Part shown: positions 59,899 through 62,012 of the stretch, in pieces
Position numbering within the stretch: the first letter of the stretch is position 1
How the letters are laid out: the number at the start of each line of letters is the position of its first letter
Origin: Candidatus Parvarchaeum acidophilus ARMAN-5
Lineage (GTDB): Archaea > Nanobdellota > Nanobdellia > Parvarchaeales > Parvarchaeaceae
Assembly (NCBI GenBank): GCA_002412085.1
Contig: GG745550.1
Span: 1-62,012 of the forward strand
Length of the DNA: 62,012 nucleotides
Reading direction: 5' to 3'
Made by a program: the position numbers and the translations under genes
Notes under the pieces: model-generated
Database searches by the model: none
The model's input: the letters and a program-made list of their open reading frames with translations, nothing else
Told to the model about the DNA's origin: nothing

Positions 59899-61329
59899 TT
59901 AATCTTCAAATGTTCTTAATTGTGGGAAAGGTATAACTTCTTTTATGCTTTTAGAATTTGTACCAAGCATCTGTATACGATCAATTCCTATACCAACACC
60001 ACCAGTAGGTGGCATGCCATATCCCAAGGCTTCTATAACATCTTTATCGAATTCTTGCGTTTCATCTATTCCCTTATTTTTTCTCCTTGCTTCTTCTTCA
60101 AATCTTTTTATCTGTTCTATAGGATTATTAAGTTCTGAAAATGCATTTGCTATTTCCATGCCGGCTATATATAACTCAAACCTGTAAACAAATCTTGGAT
60201 CATCTTCCATGTTCTTTGCTAAAGGAGAAACTTCTATAGGAAATTTTGTAACAAATACAGGATTTATTATATTATCGGATATCTCCGCCTCAAATATTGC
60301 ATTTATTGCTTCTCCATACGATTCAACTTTAGAGTCCAATACCTTTCCGCGTTTTATTATCTCCTGGTCATTGTTTACACCAGTTTTCTCTTTTACCATC
60401 TCCTCCATTGTTTTTATCTCAAATTTCGAAAAATCTATGTTTTTTTCACCAAATTTTATGGAATAAGTTCCGTTTGCAGCGTATATGGCTTCTTTTATAA
60501 TTTCTTCCGTAAGCTCAAGCATGCTACTTAGATCTCCATATGCTTGGTAAGCCTCAAGCATCATAAACTCTGGATTATGTCTGGTGTCTATACCCTCATT
60601 TCTGAAATTTTTACTTATATCGAAGACTTTTTCGAACCCCCCCACTAATAATCTTTTTAGATATAGCTCAGAGGCTATTTTAAGATAGAAATCCCTATCC
60701 AATGAGTTATAATGTGTTATAAAAGGTTTAGCATTAGCTCCACCTGGTATTGGCTGAAGTATTGGTACCACTACTTCGGTATATCCTTTCTTGCCTAATA
60801 TTTCTCTTATTTTTGATACCATTATACTACCTTTTTTTATCTTTTCCATGGATTCTCTGTTTATTATTAAGTCTAGGTATCTTTTTCTGAATCTTTTTTC
60901 CGTATCCTCTAACCCATACCATCTCGGAGGGAGAGGCAAAAGCGATTTACTTAGTATTACAACTTCTTTTGCGTCTATTGATATTTCATCGGTCTTAGTT
61001 TTTACAACTGAACCGTATACTCCTATTATATCTCCCACATCAAGTAGTTCCGCAATCTTGATCGATTCTTTATTTACATGCTTATTTGAGAAATATATCT
61101 GTATTGTACCCGTTTCATCTTGAATATCAATGAATTTTATTGTACCATGATCTCTCTTCGCTATTATCCTTCCTGCTATCTTTTCATCCTTTCCTTCTAA
61201 CTTATCAAAATCGCTTTTTATTTTTAGTGTTTCAGCAGTTTTGTCAAATCTGCTTCCATATGGATCGATTCCCTCGGCAAGCAAGTGCTTTAATTTATCG
61301 ATTCTTTCTTTATCAAATTCAAATTCCAT
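59899..61329 (-). CDS. lysS: Lysyl-tRNA synthetase, class II
   Basis: OB fold, RYLDL, GGANAKPF, FRNEG...HNPEF, YGMPPTGGVGIGIDR. Confidence 0.95.
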   Translation of the reverse strand: MEFEFDKERIDKLKHLLAEGIDPYGSRFDKTAETLKIKSDFDKLEGKDEKIAGRIIAKRDHGTIKFIDIQDETGTIQIYFSNKHVNKESIKIAELLDVGDIIGVYGSVVKTKTDEISIDAKEVVILSKSLLPLPPRWYGLEDTEKRFRKRYLDLIINRESMEKIKKGSIMVSKIREILGKKGYTEVVVPILQPIPGGANAKPFITHYNSLDRDFYLKIASELYLKRLLVGGFEKVFDISKNFRNEGIDTRHNPEFMMLEAYQAYGDLSSMLELTEEIIKEAIYAANGTYSIKFGEKNIDFSKFEIKTMEEMVKEKTGVNNDQEIIKRGKVLDSKVESYGEAINAIFEAEISDNIINPVFVTKFPIEVSPLAKNMEDDPRFVYRFELYIAGMEIANAFSELNNPIEQIKRFEEEARRKNKGIDETQEFDKDVIEALGYGMPPTGGVGIGIDRIQMLGTNSKSIKEVIPFPQLRTFED

Positions 61330-61954
61330 GGTATTGTATGAAAAGTGTAACAAGAAGAGCCAATCCAACAGTCATTGAATAGCTGAAGACCAACCTCCTC
61401 CTCTCTTTGTTCTTTGAAATTAATCCTATAAATCCTTTTTCTATTACTGCTGCAAATATAGATATCCCTAAAAGCATAGCTGTGTAACTCGCACTTATCT
61501 GGTGATTTAGATATAAGCTTCCTAATGCAAAAGCAGCACCAACTATATTTGCGAGTGCGGCTAAGAACATATCTACTACTAATAAGTTAGGTGCCACTGC
61601 ACCGACTATTCTAGATACAGAAAGGACTATGAAAAAAACTATGGCGAACTCGAGTGTTTTTACTAAGGGAAACGGAGTATTCGGGCGTTCTGATTTTATA
61701 CTCATATATTTCCTCCCTTTAATATAAACTATCAACAAACTTATTATGGAAACTAATACAATAGGCGTCATGTAATATACTATCTTTAATGAAAAAGTTA
61801 ATATGTATATTACCAATAATGCCTGAATAAGCACCATTGGTATGCTAGCAGTTACTACTATGTTATAAGCTACGGCTTTCCCAACCTTTTTAAACCTGTT
61901 GCCTAAACTTATTAAAACGAATGTTATTGTAGTACCAGTTATAAGTGCACCCAT
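61319..61954 (-). CDS. Polytopic membrane protein, DUF4010-like (5'-truncated by clone end)
   Basis: Multiple TM segments; PFPLVKTLEFAIVF resembles the DUF4010 NPF.L..AL.F motif. Confidence 0.5.
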   Translation of the reverse strand: MGALITGTTITFVLISLGNRFKKVGKAVAYNIVVTASIPMVLIQALLVIYILTFSLKIVYYMTPIVLVSIISLLIVYIKGRKYMSIKSERPNTPFPLVKTLEFAIVFFIVLSVSRIVGAVAPNLLVVDMFLAALANIVGAAFALGSLYLNHQISASYTAMLLGISIFAAVIEKGFIGLISKNKERRRLVFSYSMTVGLALLVTLFIQYHGI

Positions 61955-61961
61955 TCAATCA

Positions 61962-62012
61962 GGGGATCGTCTAGAGTCACCTGCAGCATGCAGCTGCATA
62001 GCCGTCGAAAAC
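61962..62012 (+). other. Degraded pUC-type cloning-vector polylinker (artifact)
   Basis: GGGGATCGTCTAGAGTCACCTGCAGCATGCAGCT...GCCGTCG tracks GGGGATCCTCTAGAGTCGACCTGCAGGCATGCAAGCTT...GCCGTCG. Confidence 0.9.

Overview
AT-rich, very compact archaeal contig with many overlapping or abutting genes. Gene content and style (TFB, aIF5B, GINS, thermosome, L15e/L35Ae/L37e, Sm protein, tRNA-Ile(UAU), many class III signal-peptide proteins) point to a DPANN archaeon, plausibly Parvarchaeota (ARMAN-4/5-like); the taxon is an inference. Most of the window is housekeeping and carbohydrate metabolism (GT3 glycogen synthase, GH57, three GalT-like paralogs, two sugar-phosphate nucleotidyltransferases). There are four tRNA genes: Thr-UGU with an aberrant T-loop, Thr-CGU, Glu-UUC with a 16-nt intron and Ile-UAU with a 25-nt intron. 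Highlights: (1) a tandem array of four 46-57 aa pilin-like genes missed by the ORF track, a five-gene Cys-rich pilin/adhesin-like operon and several scattered pilins; (2) a six-gene accessory cassette next to tRNA-Glu encoding two paralogous HprK-like P-loop kinases, GT2, a NUDIX-methyltransferase fusion, GT4 and a HAD phosphatase; (3) a ~90-nt hairpin 5' leader on a CxxC-x17-CxxC zinc-ribbon gene; (4) a repeat/palindrome operator-like region before an RHH plus PAPS-reductase pair that share a C-terminal motif. The assembly looks error-prone (several single-base frameshifts, an in-frame TAG in the Sm gene), and the last ~50 nt are degraded pUC-type polylinker.
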